64,000 nt of DNA from Chrysemys picta bellii (taxonomy: Eukaryota). The notes beneath the pieces are model-generated. The model saw only the letters and a list, made by a program, of their open reading frames with translations, was not told the origin of the DNA and made no database searches. This document shows positions 26,416 through 38,879 of this stretch, piece after piece; the first letter of the stretch is position 1, and every line of letters begins with the position of its first letter. Location: the NCBI RefSeq assembly GCF_011386835.1, contig NC_088804.1, positions 23,126,001 through 23,190,000 of the forward strand, in the 5' to 3' direction. A program made the translations under genes and the position numbers.

Positions 26416-28257
26416 TGGATTTGGAGGGTGGGTATGGGAAGAGACACCTAGCTGTACTACTCTGGGGACAAGAGGGATCTGTCAGCTCATCCTATTCTCT
26501 TCTGAGGTCACTGGACCTTTACTCTCCCTGCACTGCAGCTGAGGTTAGTACTAGTTGGGGGACTACACGCAGACTAAGATACTACTCAGCATGAGTAATG
26601 GGGGCAGATCAGGCCATAAGTGCTGAAACCATGAATTATATTGCATGTAAGATAATCAAGGAGAGCCACACAAAAAGGTATGGCCAAAGTCACATTGACC
26701 AGAGGGCCGTACTATGACATAGCACGTTACCGTAGCTCTTGCTACGGTATATGAAGGATGCCACATCACTTATGATAATACTAGAATTAGATACATATGC
26801 TAGGGCTAATAAACATTGTGCTTTAATTTATTCTAGTATAGTCCAGGGGATAGGAATGATGGATTTGCCATAGAAAGTGTCCAGTTCACTTGTGAGGCAA
26901 TGTTATTATATTGTCTTGTTTACAAATGATTATTGACATCCTGTAGAAGTTTCCTGAGCTAGAAAAATTCAACATATTCTTTTTAATAAACTTTAGGTTG
27001 AACATTACGGTCACCTTCAAAGGAAAATATTTAAGTTTATATCATAATGGCACAATGACCCATGATGTAGTTGTAAATCAACAGCCTGCAGTGTCTGCTA
27101 GACGTATCTTAATAAAATTGAGTTTTAATGAGAAAAGAGAAAAATATAAGTCATAAAGCTCTGACTTTCTGGAATCAGGACTGCACAGAGTGAGTCTAGG
27201 ACAGAGATTACACCATACTGAGGCCCTAAACAAACCTCTTACGGTATGTGAAAGCAAAATAAATAGTTATTTTATGTTAAACATTCAAAAACAAATTTTT
27301 GTGGATTTGCAGTAGCATAATACTATACAGACACACTTGGAAAAGCTGGTAAATCAGCTACAAAAGATCTGTAAATGAAATCACGGATGAGGTGATATGT
27401 GGCCGATTCTCAGCTGGTGAAATTCAGCCTAGTTCCATTAGAGTCAATGGAGCTTTTTCAATTCCGGCAGCTAAGGATTTTGCCCAAAGTCTCAAGCCTT
27501 CATTGCTAGCAGTCAGAGGGCTTGATCTCCACGTTGAAATATTGGTGTAAAACTAATGTTATATAGTGGAGAATCATGACCCAAAACTTTTGCCACATAG
27601 ATTAGTTATCATCAGTGGCCCATGTTTTTCCAGACCTTGTAGCTGTGCATACTTTTGGATTCCGGACTATGGTATGCTATGAGCCGATTCCCTTTTTCCC
27701 CTTTTCCACATATGAGGGAAGAGTCAATCCCCTCCTTTGCCCCATTCCATTGTCCCACTCAGGTGCCACAAGGAGACAAAAAACACCCACATCTCCCCAG
27801 TTGGGGATTCCTCTGGCATGAGGAAGTCCCCAGTGGGCGTAGAGCGGGCAAAATATGTCTGTCTCCCTGCTTGCTCCCCTGCAGCTCCAGCACAAAAGGA
27901 AGTGTAACCAGAGCTCGTTCTCCCAAGATGAAAAACCTATTGCCAGCTAATGTAGTTGGAGCAGCCCTCAGGCTATTGTAGCCTAATCTGGGTCCAGGGA
28001 GAGCCAGACAATCAAGGAGTCATATCCTTATAACCTGACAGCACCTCTCCCGACACCACTGTGTCGAATGGTTGTCAGCCACAGCACAGAATTTTTCCCA
28101 AGAAAACCTTCTCTGAATATGTTCTCTTTTCTCACCGCCTTCCCAACAAGATGATGCACATACAGCAAGCAGAAATAGACCACACTTATGCGATGGTGTT
28201 TTTGGTATCTTTCTTTCAAGAAAGTTGATGGGGCAGTGGATGATAGAATTGCGTGCT

Positions 28258-28440
28258 GTAATGCCATCATCCTGTTCTGCCCAGGTAAGAAAATGTAACT
28301 CTATTTAATTGCTACATGCACATGGCAATATTTTCTGTATTCATCAGTTGCATGTCACAGAAAAATAGTTCTGCAAACACATTCAGCATAAAATCATCCG
28401 AACTGCACAAATTTCCCTTTGATTGGATGAACAGGTAAGT
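28258..28440 (+). promoter_or_regulatory. Candidate recursive splice site (28284|28285) and 150-nt RS-exon (28285-28434)
   Basis: Putative branch gtaat at 28258-28262, pyrimidine tract tcatcctgttctgccc, then CAG|GTAAGA. A second consensus donor CAG|GTAAGT lies at 28434|28435. Confidence 0.35.
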
Positions 28441-28564
28441 GAGCTGCAGTCAAATGAGGAGAAAAAAGCCAGTAGAATATCTCTGTTTATCCGTCCTCTC
28501 TGATTTGTACAGATTCAACAAAGGCAGAAAACTCTCTTTATACAGACATCAAAGTGAGTTTTTA

Positions 28565-29012
28565 TTAGGGTTGGTTGAAAATTTCCCATTGAAACTGATT
28601 TTTGATGGGTTTTATTAAATAAAACTTTTCACAAAATTGTCTGTAGAAAATAGACACATTTAGATGTTTCATCAAAAAAACAAAACACCCCAAATCTGAA
28701 AAATTACTATTTGAAAATGCCACTTCTAGCCTCATGGGAGTTGTAGTTCAGGTCTCTCAGGCCTTTATTCTTCTCTACTGGACAGGTTCCCTAGCTGGAT
28801 GTCCCATGATGCACCACATCCAACACCTTCTAAGATGCATGTAGTAGCTCACGACACTGAAAGCTACAACTCCCATGAAGCATTGGAGCAGCATTTCTGA
28901 ATCAACATTTCAGTTGTCAGCTGAAAGCTTTTGTCTAGAAATGTTAGGTTTTGGATTTTTCCACTGAAAAAATATTTTGCACAGGAAAAAAAGCTATTTG
29001 CTAATCAACTGT
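28565..29012. mobile_element. Old non-autonomous DNA transposon-like element with an internal inverted repeat
   Basis: Perfect 15-bp IR tcatgggagttgtag (28732-28746) / ctacaactcccatga (28864-28878). The left end tagggttggttgaaaattt resembles a common turtle MITE terminus. Confidence 0.5.
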
Positions 29013-29984
29013 ACTCCTTATTTTTGAAAGCTAATCCATCCAAGAGATGGATTATCAATAGCACATTTATTTTAACCATAGGATGGTCATAATCTCAGAA
29101 GAGACAGTTTAAATGTTCCTGGCTATATTACCAATGTGGACAGTGGAAGAAAACGAGAAAGAGTCAGAGTTTTATGGGCACTTATGGCTTCTAAAAAGAT
29201 GAGTAGTGTTGTGGAAGGACCTTGGAAAACCGAGTAAGGCCAAATATTATATTGTAATGCAAGTAAGCATCCTGTAAGCAATCTGTATGAAGAGCAGACC
29301 ATAGAAGGTTGTACCACAAGGAACAAACTCAACCACATGAGTTGTGGTAATGAGGCCCAATGCACTATTTGTTCATTCACCCTTTGAAGTGGGTAAACCA
29401 ACACTAGAATTATAACTACAGCTGCTCTACAGCAGTTTATTTGATGCTCATTCACTCTGGAAGAAAAACTTTTCACCTGATGATTCTGCATGAGAAATAA
29501 TCCCTATTGTGCAGGCAATTGATGTAAATTTAGAATGGCAGAAAGATTAGTGCAGTTAAAATAACCCCACTTGGACTTATGTTTGGCCCATGGGTAGAAA
29601 CATTATGATCTGAGGCCTGAAAATGCCTGTTAGTAGAGAGTAGGCAGGCACAAGAAAAAAGCCAATCAGCTGCCAGGGTGACTTCAATGTCACTCTGATG
29701 CTGGGTTGTCACTCTATCACTGTTCTCTTGTAGCATGCTTAATTTAGTAAATTGTCTGTCATCCTTGTATATCAACTTTCATACATGGACACTGGCTCTA
29801 TGCTAGCAGAGGGATTTGGCAAAGCTAGTACATTGTGGAAGCAGCGTGAGGAGACTTACAGCTTTTGAGTTATAGCAATAATTGATCCACTGAATCTTCC
29901 ACAAACTCTGTGGAGGCCACCATAGAACTCTGGGTTTTGGCTCAGTAGGACACATCTGAAGAAAATATACTGTATGAAGAGAAT

Positions 29985-30112
29985 AATAATAATGCTTAGC
30001 ATTCGCACTGTATTTTTGTTCTAATCACTGCAAACATTAGTTAGTTAATCCTCACAAAGCCCCTATTAGGTATGCAACATTTTCCCAATTTCACAGATAA
30101 GGGCAATGAGAT
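29985..30112 (-). mobile_element. Old MIR-like CORE-SINE fragment
   Basis: aataatgcttagc...ttaatcctcacaaagcccctattaggt...cccaatttcacagataagggcaatgag resembles the antisense CORE region. Confidence 0.5.
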
Positions 30113-31019
30113 ATGCTACAGGTGGAATCCATATAAAGTGTGCAGAAGAACTGAAATTAATAATACAAGCATGTAACAGTACAATTGAATGACTTTTCAC
30201 TTGTAGCTTTGTATTACCCTGGTGCTATCTTTATAGGGTACAGCAGAAAATCAATACAAAGGGACCAAAGATCTTAGCCCTTGAAAGAGGAACAGAAATT
30301 GATCAGAAATGGTAGAACTGTGGCCATTTCCTCCTCTGCATCCTCTATTCTAGCCTCATAAAAGAATAGGGAACAAATATGGGCAGAAGGCAGAGCCACA
30401 AGCACCGTGGCTTCAAAGGGAGCGGCGCTGCCAACAGAGGAGGCGAGGCCAAGGGAAAGCCATAGAGAGGCTATCTGCCTGTGCAAACATCACTGTATCT
30501 GCAGCAGTGGAGTGTCATTTCCCCACAGATTCGATGGAAATTCCAGTCCAGTACCCTCTGTATATTTAGAAACTGAGAAAACGATGCAGAGGGAATGGTA
30601 AGAAAAATCACAGAGTTTACATGGAACATTTTTTTTCTTTTGGAATTTTTTTGATGGGGATAATAGATAGGGAATAATCTGGCTCAAAGTCATGAATATC
30701 TTTCCTTAAATTGAAAGAATAACTATAATACAGGTGAAATAGTTTTATAAAAAAAAACAATTGCTTTCAGTTATTTTTGTTTCATATAAACTTTATACCT
30801 AAAAATATTTACAAACGGGGTTTTGTGTACTGGAAAAGTTTTGAGTATATATGGAAGAGAAGTTCTGAACATATATGAAAGGGTGTCTGGATCTACACTG
30901 CTGGAAAATGTTATCAATGTTGGAATTTAGGGCATGTAATTCCTCCCTCTCTGGGTAGGCGCACAAACTGAAAAGCGGAAAGTGTGTGGAGCAGGGGGTT
31001 TCTTAGTACTGTAAAGAAA

Positions 31020-32387
31020 TCTTATTCTTGTTTGAGTAATGTCCCTATAGGTGCTCCACTTTAGGTGCGTGTGCACCCCTGGACCTTTGACTGGAGCTTG
31101 TTGGTAACAGTGCCCATTCTACCACATATGTGCCCAACTCATCCTTGTGCCCATACCATGGCTATACAGGACTGCCCTCAGTCCTTTCTCAACCACCTTC
31201 AGCCAGAGACAGAATCTAGTGTGTGCCTGTTTGAGTACCAGTTTCCCCCTTTTATTACTGTTAGTTTTATTGTTAGTTCCTTGTAGTAGTAGGTTTAGTA
31301 GCTTATAGTTGGAATGTTTCTTCCACTTTTCTTTTCTTAAAAAATATTATTCCCCTTATTGAGGAGCTTAAACAACTTTTTCTTCAGTTGGGGACGTTGG
31401 GCTCCCCAGGATTTAAAAGTTGCACCTCTTGTTGAGAAGCAGTTAGTGATGGACACTCCCACTGCATTGTTGCTTGGTAGACTTTCACGTTCCCAGCAAG
31501 TGTAAAAAACTGCTTTTTTAAGAGAAGATCCCATAAAAACAGGGGATTTATGTATAGATTATTAATGATGGAGCAAGTTTTAAAACTGGCTTCAGACACA
31601 GGTACAGAGAACCCCCTGTACAGGGATCCTCCGTGTCTGCCAGTGTCCCATTGTCATCAAGAACATGGTCACTGAAAGCATTCAAAGGGAAGACATCACT
31701 GAAACCCCGTCTCCTACAGTCTCCTTGACCAAGGTACCAAGGACAGCACCACCAGTACTGAAAGCTTCCCACTCCCAGTATAAGGGAGGGAATACGAGGA
31801 GCAAAACAACAGAGTGTTCCTCATCAAAGAAGATCTGGTCACTGGAGACTTCAGGCCCTGAGAGGAGTGCTAGTGAGGCACCAAGTACTTGTGATACCAA
31901 GAGACTAACATCAAGGAATCCTAGACCTAGAAGTAGGCAGTACTATTCTTTCTTCAGTGATGGACTCTGTTCCAAAACTTCCACCTCCTTACAGGGTTGC
32001 TACCAGGGAGTCACCTACAGTGGAGCACCCACAGGGACACTACTGGAAGAAGGAGCAGTTACTCACCTTATGTAGTAACTGGAGTTCTTCGAGATGTGTG
32101 TCCCTGTGAATGCTCCACTACCTGCCGTCCTCCCCTCTGCGCTGGAGCTGCCTCTGTGGGATTTGCGGTAGAGAAGGAACTGAGAGCGGTTCACCCATGC
32201 TGTCCTGTATATTCGGGGTACAGGATATGAGGATGTGTAGGGAGCACATGTGCAGTCAGAATGGGCACTGCAACCAAAAAATCTCCGATCAAAGGTGCAG
32301 GGGCGCATGTGCACCTAAAGTAGAGAACCCACACGGACACTCATTGTGAAGAACTCCAGTTACTGCACAAGGTGACCAACCACTCCT
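31020..32387 (+). mobile_element. Non-autonomous (internally deleted) DIRS1-type tyrosine-recombinase retrotransposon
   Basis: Inverted terminal repeats at about 31026-31196 and 32165-32355. Internal complementary region at about 32017-32119. Gag-like Cys-rich remnant GSPGFKSCTSC*EAVSDGHSHCI..H..KC at about 31400-31512. No RT, RNase H or YR remnant recognised. Confidence 0.75.
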
Positions 32388-34224
32388 GCTTTAACATGGT
32401 GGTCAGCATTTGAGAAGAGCCCACCAGTGCGGTAACAGAGATTGTTCAGTCATTTCATCTTCTAAGAAGTATGATATCTTGGGTATCATGGTGTGATAAC
32501 TGTAGATGAATGTTGATTTTTAATGACAACCGCTGCAGTGCCCTCCCTCCAAACAGTCAACATGGAAATTTGTACACCGAATAAGAATTGTACGTGGTAA
32601 TAAGATAGGCCAACTGAATGTAATACAACTGTCTAAAATACAGGAATATCCAGTCCAGTGTAGTAATATCTGTCCAATATAGGCTTTTTAAAATTAAAGA
32701 CAAATTTATCATAATTCATCCAGGCTATTATATGCATGCACATGCAAAACATCAGAAGAAAGAATTCCAAAAAATCAACAATATTATATTCTTTTTCTTT
32801 ATATTTTTACTAACTTTTTATCAAATAGTAACTTACATACAGTTAATTTGTCCTATTTTCTCACAATGACACACTTTTAAACATGAGCAGCAGGAAAAAC
32901 ATGCTGGAAGCAAAGCGTGAAGTGTGATTACAGTAATATAAATTACTGAATCTCTGAAACTGTTTTCCACATTTCTCATCCTGTTCCACTATCTCTAGGG
33001 CTGAAGTGCTGGGGGTGGATCCTTTTCAAAAGCAGGAGCTGGGAATGTAGATCTCGAATATCTAGGAAACAAAGAAAAAAATCAGTTTTCAAAGCATTGT
33101 AGTAAACAGGCTAGAATTAGAGTCCCCATTCCAGGGGTCTGGATGAGCTACATTTAGTGCAGATGATGAGGTGGGGTGGGAGTTTGTCAAAGCTGACTAC
33201 ATTACATCTTTACAGTCCCCTAATAGCTGAGGCAGCCTGGGATCAATTCAGCCCGCAGTGTAAATTAGGGTAGGCTGTGGGATGCTCTAATTTATGCTTG
33301 GCTACAATGAATCCTATAGCATTCTGGCAACATCCCCTTTGCCTACATTCCTACAGGGGCTGAGAGGAGCATGGCATAGGGATGACTAAAAAAGGATGTA
33401 TGCTTTGGGAGAATTTTCACTTATGCTAGTAAAACCCTTAGCTGGCCTCTTAAACTAAGTAGGATCTAGCCCACCGAGTGTAATACTAAAATGTCCTTGG
33501 AATTACTAAAATTATAGATGACAATTTCCTGACTCAAAAATATTGTATCCAACATGGAAGAATTCTGTATTATATCTCATCTTGACAGGTGAAGAGGCAT
33601 TGATCACAGAACTAGAAGTCAATGGTTGCTTTCGTGCAAGTGATCATGACTTGATTACATTTGCTATGTGCAAAAAGAATAAAGTCTCAACATATATACT
33701 TGGTATTTAAAAGGACCAGTTTCACAAAGCTGAAAACATTTATGAGCCAAATCAGCTGGGAGAAAGAATATAAATAGAAAACTGTGAATGATAATTGGGA
33801 AAACGTTTGAGAACATTTTACTAGATGCCTAAAAAGTCACAGTCACACAATTGAGACAGAATGCTATACTAGTTAAAAAAATACAGACTGGCTTAGAGGG
33901 GAAGTGGAAGTAATAATAAAAATAACAAATGAAAAAAGGGGAAGTTAATACCAAAGAATCAATTAGAAGCTAGAAACTGTAGAAAATTGATAAGGGAAGC
34001 TAACAGACAAAAGGAGAAATCTATGGCCAAAACAGTTAAGGGCAATACAAAGTTTTTTAAAGATATCAGGAAAAAAGGGAGCCTAACATATTAATTCACT
34101 GCTCCATGGAAAAGGCAGAAGTATTCCATTATTGTTTTCTTCCATAGTTGGTAAAAAGCCAGATGATGTATTAATATCTTATGATGATGATTATGATGAT
34201 GATGAAATACTTTCCATTCCAACA

Positions 34225-34411
34225 AATAGAAGTATAGGGAGCATAAGCTTTCGTGGGTAAGAACCTCACTTCTTCAGATGCAAGAAGAAGTGAGGTTCTT
34301 ACCCACGAAAGCTTATGCTCCCTATACTTCTGTTAGTCTCAAAGGTGCCACAGGACCCTCTGTTGCTTTTTACAGATTCAGACTAACACGGCTACCCCTC
34401 TGATACTTGAC
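34225..34411. mobile_element. Fold-back Penelope-like insertion with a 12-bp TSD
   Basis: TSD tccattccaaca at 34213-34224 and 34412-34423. Perfect 48-bp inverted arms 34228-34275 and 34284-34331 with an 8-nt loop. Ends in cagactaacacggctacccctctgatac, matching the terminus of the 471-670 insert in reverse. Confidence 0.85.
34241..34281 (-). ncRNA. Minimal type I hammerhead ribozyme motif (PLE-type)
   Basis: Minus strand reads GCAU-CUGAAGA-A-GUGAGGU(UCUU)ACCCAC-GAA-AGCU-U/AUGC: intact CUGANGA and GAAA core, 4-bp stem I, 6-bp stem II with a bulge, and palindromic AGCU stem III. There is one extra A before stem II. Confidence 0.62.
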
Positions 34412-37344
34412 TCCATTCCAACAGTGGCTAAGGAGGATATTAAACAGCAGCTGCTAAAGTTAGGTATCTTTAAATCAGCGCGTCTGGATAACTTGCATAC
34501 AACACTTTTAAAGAGCTTGCTGATGAGGTCTCTGGACCATTAATGTTGGTTTTTAACAAGTCTTGGAAATGCCAGAGAACTGGAAGAAAACTAATATTGT
34601 GCCAATATTTTAAAAGGGTAAATGGGATGGCCCAAGTAATTATCCCGGGATAATTTTCCTTAGTTCAATCCCAGGAAAAATAATGGAATGGCCATACAAG
34701 ACTTGATGGTGTCAACATTTTTTACTGTTTAATTACAAATGCTGCCTATTCCCTAGATCCACTCATTTCCTTTCATTTAGTTAATTTTGTTATATCAGTT
34801 TTCTTCTCTTCAGGAGGACAGTGGGACAATTCCACATCTCAGTTAAAGAGAGTTTACTCCTGGTCTCAGTGGGAGCAGGATGTGGCCCAGGATCAGTGTC
34901 TCTACCACAGAAACCCCCAATTTTAGTGCTGAATATAGCTGTGGCCTACTCTCCGTTACATTTCAGTGGAGTTAATTCCTCAGTTAATTCCTTCATTGGT
35001 GGTATTTTAGATTTACACCATTTAGATTTAGTATAACTGAGGACAAAATTTGGCCCTATGTTTTTCACATGAAAAATACTACATAATGCATTATCTGTTT
35101 GTGGGTTTTTTAATGAAACAAAATAGTTTAAAAATAGGTTTAATGAATAATCAAGAGGGTTTTGGTCTATTCCCGTGGGGTGAAATTCACTTCACTGTCA
35201 TAAGCATACTTATGTGAGTGAAGTGTGGGATCATGAAGATTGGAAACAAAAGCTGTCCCAGCAATTCTGGGCCAGGATGCAAGGCTGCAACACACCTCTA
35301 CAACCACTACAGCACCTTACAGGGTGGGATAGGGGTCTCTGCCCATTGCCAAGATATTACAAACACTGAGTCTGAAGTTGCATAATCAAAAATGTCGATC
35401 CACACACCCCCAAGAATGCCCTTCATGTGGCACCAGTCCAAAGAGTCCTCTCTTTAGGCTGTCCACCCAAGCAGGACCACGGTCATGAAATATAAAGCTT
35501 TTACCAGAATGGATTTCATCGCCAATGAAATGTGGTGGGAGGGATTTATGCATGTACTTTAACTTCATTGGGCATGTAGAAGAGAGCATGAAGTATTATT
35601 TTTATTTTTACATATCTGTTTTTAAAACCGATAGTGTCTTATGAGTACTTATCTGACAAAAGGTTTTCTCTGTTTTAGAGATATTGGGCCAAAATCAGAG
35701 CTGGTGTAATCAAATTGTCGTTGATGAGGCAGGCTAATTATGGTTGGTTCTCTCTTCTTATTAAATAGGCATTAAAATAACATGTTAACCCCATTCCTTA
35801 CCACCTAGTAAATGGCCAGTTTGCTGGTACAGAGTCAGAGCCATCACTCATATTCTGTAACATCTTTTATGTGACTAATATACAAGCAGTAATGGGTTTA
35901 TTCATTCAAACAGCAAGAGATGACTCTTTTCCTCCTGTTCATTTTGCCCTCTGGTTTGTTTCTTACCTGCAATTCTAATTCCATTCCTGCATATATGAAA
36001 AAAAGAAAGTTGGAAAATTTAAATGTGTGTCATTCACTCATGAACCACATTCTCAGTGTGAGCTTTGACTACCTAAAAAATAAATAAAAATAAAGGCCTC
36101 TGTAGCTTCAAAAACAGATTTTGTTATCTCTTTGGGTTTTTAAGTTAGAACCTGCTTTTGTTTGGTGCTGATTCGATGCCTAGTAGCATCTGAATTTTGT
36201 GATCTTCATTTTTGTATCCATGACAACATGACGGTGTATGTTTAATTAGTTCAAGATTTTTGTAAAAGCAATTTTCTTTTATTTTCGGGCAGTCTGAGCT
36301 ATGATAACTGTAAGCATGTTTATGATGCGAGTGAGGCTTAGCTGAAGTGTGCCAAGAGTTCTAGTCAAGCAGATGGTGACCCCTGATTGAACTTGCCCTC
36401 TCATTCAATTATTCAGCTGTATTTAATTTTCCTCAGTGTGGCGTGGATGCAAAGTTATGGTAGTTCCTCTAGGTGGAGCTAAAGACCACTTTTCAAACCA
36501 CCATATGACATTCAAACCTGTTTTCCGAAATTTTAAAGCATATTTTTAGTTAGGAGGCTGATTATTAGGGGGATTATGAATTTTAGCCTTTGAACAATAT
36601 TTTCAGTTTAATATCAGATTACGTGGGGATAAAAAAAGGAAAATTTGGGTCAAATTGTACATGAATTGGTTAAAAAAAAACCCTAAGTAATCTGCATTTT
36701 AGTGAAATAGTGGATAGATTTTAGGTTTAATATTGGCCCAAATAATTATTTTGAATTCTTCACTTATTATGTAGTTAGATCTCTATTTATATCTGTACAT
36801 ATTATTATGTTTTCATTTTGAAGAAAGTTCCTAATTAATTTTGCATACAATATCTAGTAGTGGCTTTCAGATATTAATGCTTATTTGCTCCAGTTTAAAA
36901 ACTCTGCATGACATAAAACACACAACTTTTTTTTAATTTATATTATTGCCATGTATTGCATGACACTACTGGGTGTACATTTCTATTGTGGACTAAACTC
37001 CTGGCATATTAAATATTAGAATCTTAATTTTCATCTATTAAAAACTGAATCTTTTTTTTGCATAAAGCCAACAAACTCCTTTAAAAAGAGTTTTAAAAAT
37101 GGTTAAGGGCCTTGGTCTTGTATTCTTTACTGAAGCAAATTCTAACACTTAAATCAACAGGAATTTTGTTCAAGTAAGAATGGTTGGATCAAGCCCATGC
37201 TATTTTCTCTATACAAGAGATTTTGCTTTTCACGTCCTTATGAATAAAAGAGATTAACTATAATATGTATTGTACATAGTTGACCATGATAGTCCACATG
37301 AAAAATAGATGTGATATTGATACATTCCATAAATAGGTGTTTCT

Positions 37345-37655
37345 TTGGATTAAATATAAATAGTGGGGCAATTTTCAGGCAGTTTTTGCATGGAGATATG
37401 TGTAGAATAAGTGCTCTTAACTGTGTGCTTAATTTACCCAAACAGCATGATTGCATGTGCAAATTAGGCAATTGCATGCACAGATTACCATATTAGACAT
37501 TTGTGTGTGCAATTACTTTATTTGCATGTACAATCAGAGTAAGTCGGCTATATCCATCACTGTGTCAGATCAGTTTTACACAATTGTGACTCCATTGATT
37601 TCAGTGGAGTTACACTATAACAAAACTGGAATAACGCAGCAGGGAATCAGGCCCA
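37345..37655. repeat. Cluster of two degenerate palindromic MITE-like elements
   Basis: gcatgtgcaaatt / aattgcatgcac repeats, followed by cagttttacac..actccattgatttcagtggagtt..gtaacaaaactg-like fold-back ending gaatcaggccc. Confidence 0.45.
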
Positions 37656-38552
37656 ATGTGTGCACCAATTAAGAGCATGCTTGTAGGGAAAGATTGGCTA
37701 AAAGCCTGGTTCATAATGTATAATGTTTCTATTATTTCTGTTTTCAAACCAGATAATTTTATTACTTGAAATCCAGTTATAATTTTGATGTCTAACTACA
37801 GAACATTTGATCAAATACTGTTTATGACAAGTACACTGGAAATATTTAGAAGCTCTTGTTCGTGTTAATTTGAGAAATTTGATCATGGATTAAACCTTCC
37901 TTAAATCTCGTATATTTATAGTAGGATATTTGTTTATAATTATGTAATTTCTAAATGAGAAACAGGAAAATAGTTTTTACAATATTTATATCATTATAAA
38001 TCCACCCTTTACATCACTTTCATGGCACATGTGAGATGAACATGCCATAATTATATTATGTATTGTTTTTTTTCTGTTTGGGTCATCTTGTGGGTTCATT
38101 TTCAAATTGTGGTGACTGATATATAATATTTAATGCTCTGTACAAAAATAAGGATGAAAGCTGCAATAATTAAAAAACAACTTCGTACAAGGTACCATAT
38201 ATCATGTAGTATATTTTCACTTCTTTGGTGACATGCTGTTTGTCAGCCAAATGGTGTCCCATAAAGCCCTATGGACATATGCCATAATATTTCCTTGCAT
38301 TCCATTTGCATCAAACTTGCCAGTTGGAAACAGTATGATCCCTAAGTGCCCATTATGTCCAGTGCAGCACTCAAGGGTTTAAGGTAGCATTTACTGATGC
38401 AAGCAATCACAAATATATTTAGCTAAATATTGTATATTGATTTTTCCCTCTTTCTTGATCTGTTTTATTCTGTTTAACATTCTGTACCCCCTGCACCCTC
38501 AATTTCTTCAGGAGTAGAAGGCACTTGGTGTAACTTAGTGCTGGATTTGGCC

Positions 38553-38640
38553 CATTATTATTATTATTGTTATTATTATGGTAGCACAAAATGGCTCAGC
38601 TGAAACTGGGTCCCTATTATGTTGTGACAGCAAAAACCAC
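38553..38640 (-). mobile_element. LINE/SINE 3' tail fragment with (ATT)n, antisense
   Basis: attattattattattgttattattatggtagcac...gggtccctattatg is antisense to the tail type at 3011-3123. Confidence 0.4.
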
Positions 38641-38879
38641 CTATGAAGATCTCTGTTGAAGAGCTTATAATCTCTTTATTTGTGACATAACTACTGTACA
38701 GAGCACTCCTGAAAGCAGGTGAAGTATTCAGCAGGTTTGTATGCTGAATTAGAAGAATTGATGCATGTTAATATCTATGTTTTTGAATGTGGAAGTCTGT
38801 CTCAAAGTTTCCGATTGTTCACTGTTCCCCCTCTTACATTTGGGGGCTGGTGCAATATCTGACCCTGTTGCTCCTTTAT

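Larger units (their letters stand above)
33480..34705 (+). mobile_element. Old, frameshifted CR1 ORF2 fragment (endonuclease C-terminus to RT N-terminus), interrupted by a PLE insertion
   Basis: gcaagtgatcatgacttgattacattt (SDHDLITF), ccagatgat, aactggaagaaaactaatattgtgccaatattttaaaagggt (WRKxNIVPIFKKG-like) and tcaatcccaggaaaaataatggaa (SIPGKIME). Confidence 0.8.

Noticed and set aside
31665-32075. 136-aa Ser/Thr/Pro-rich ORF
   Set aside because: It lies within the decayed gag region of the DIRS derivative; upstream gag codons contain stops and frameshifts.
22076-34705. The two large CR1 pieces as halves of one element
   Set aside because: They are in the wrong order (3' part upstream of 5' part), 10 kb apart, and very different in decay.
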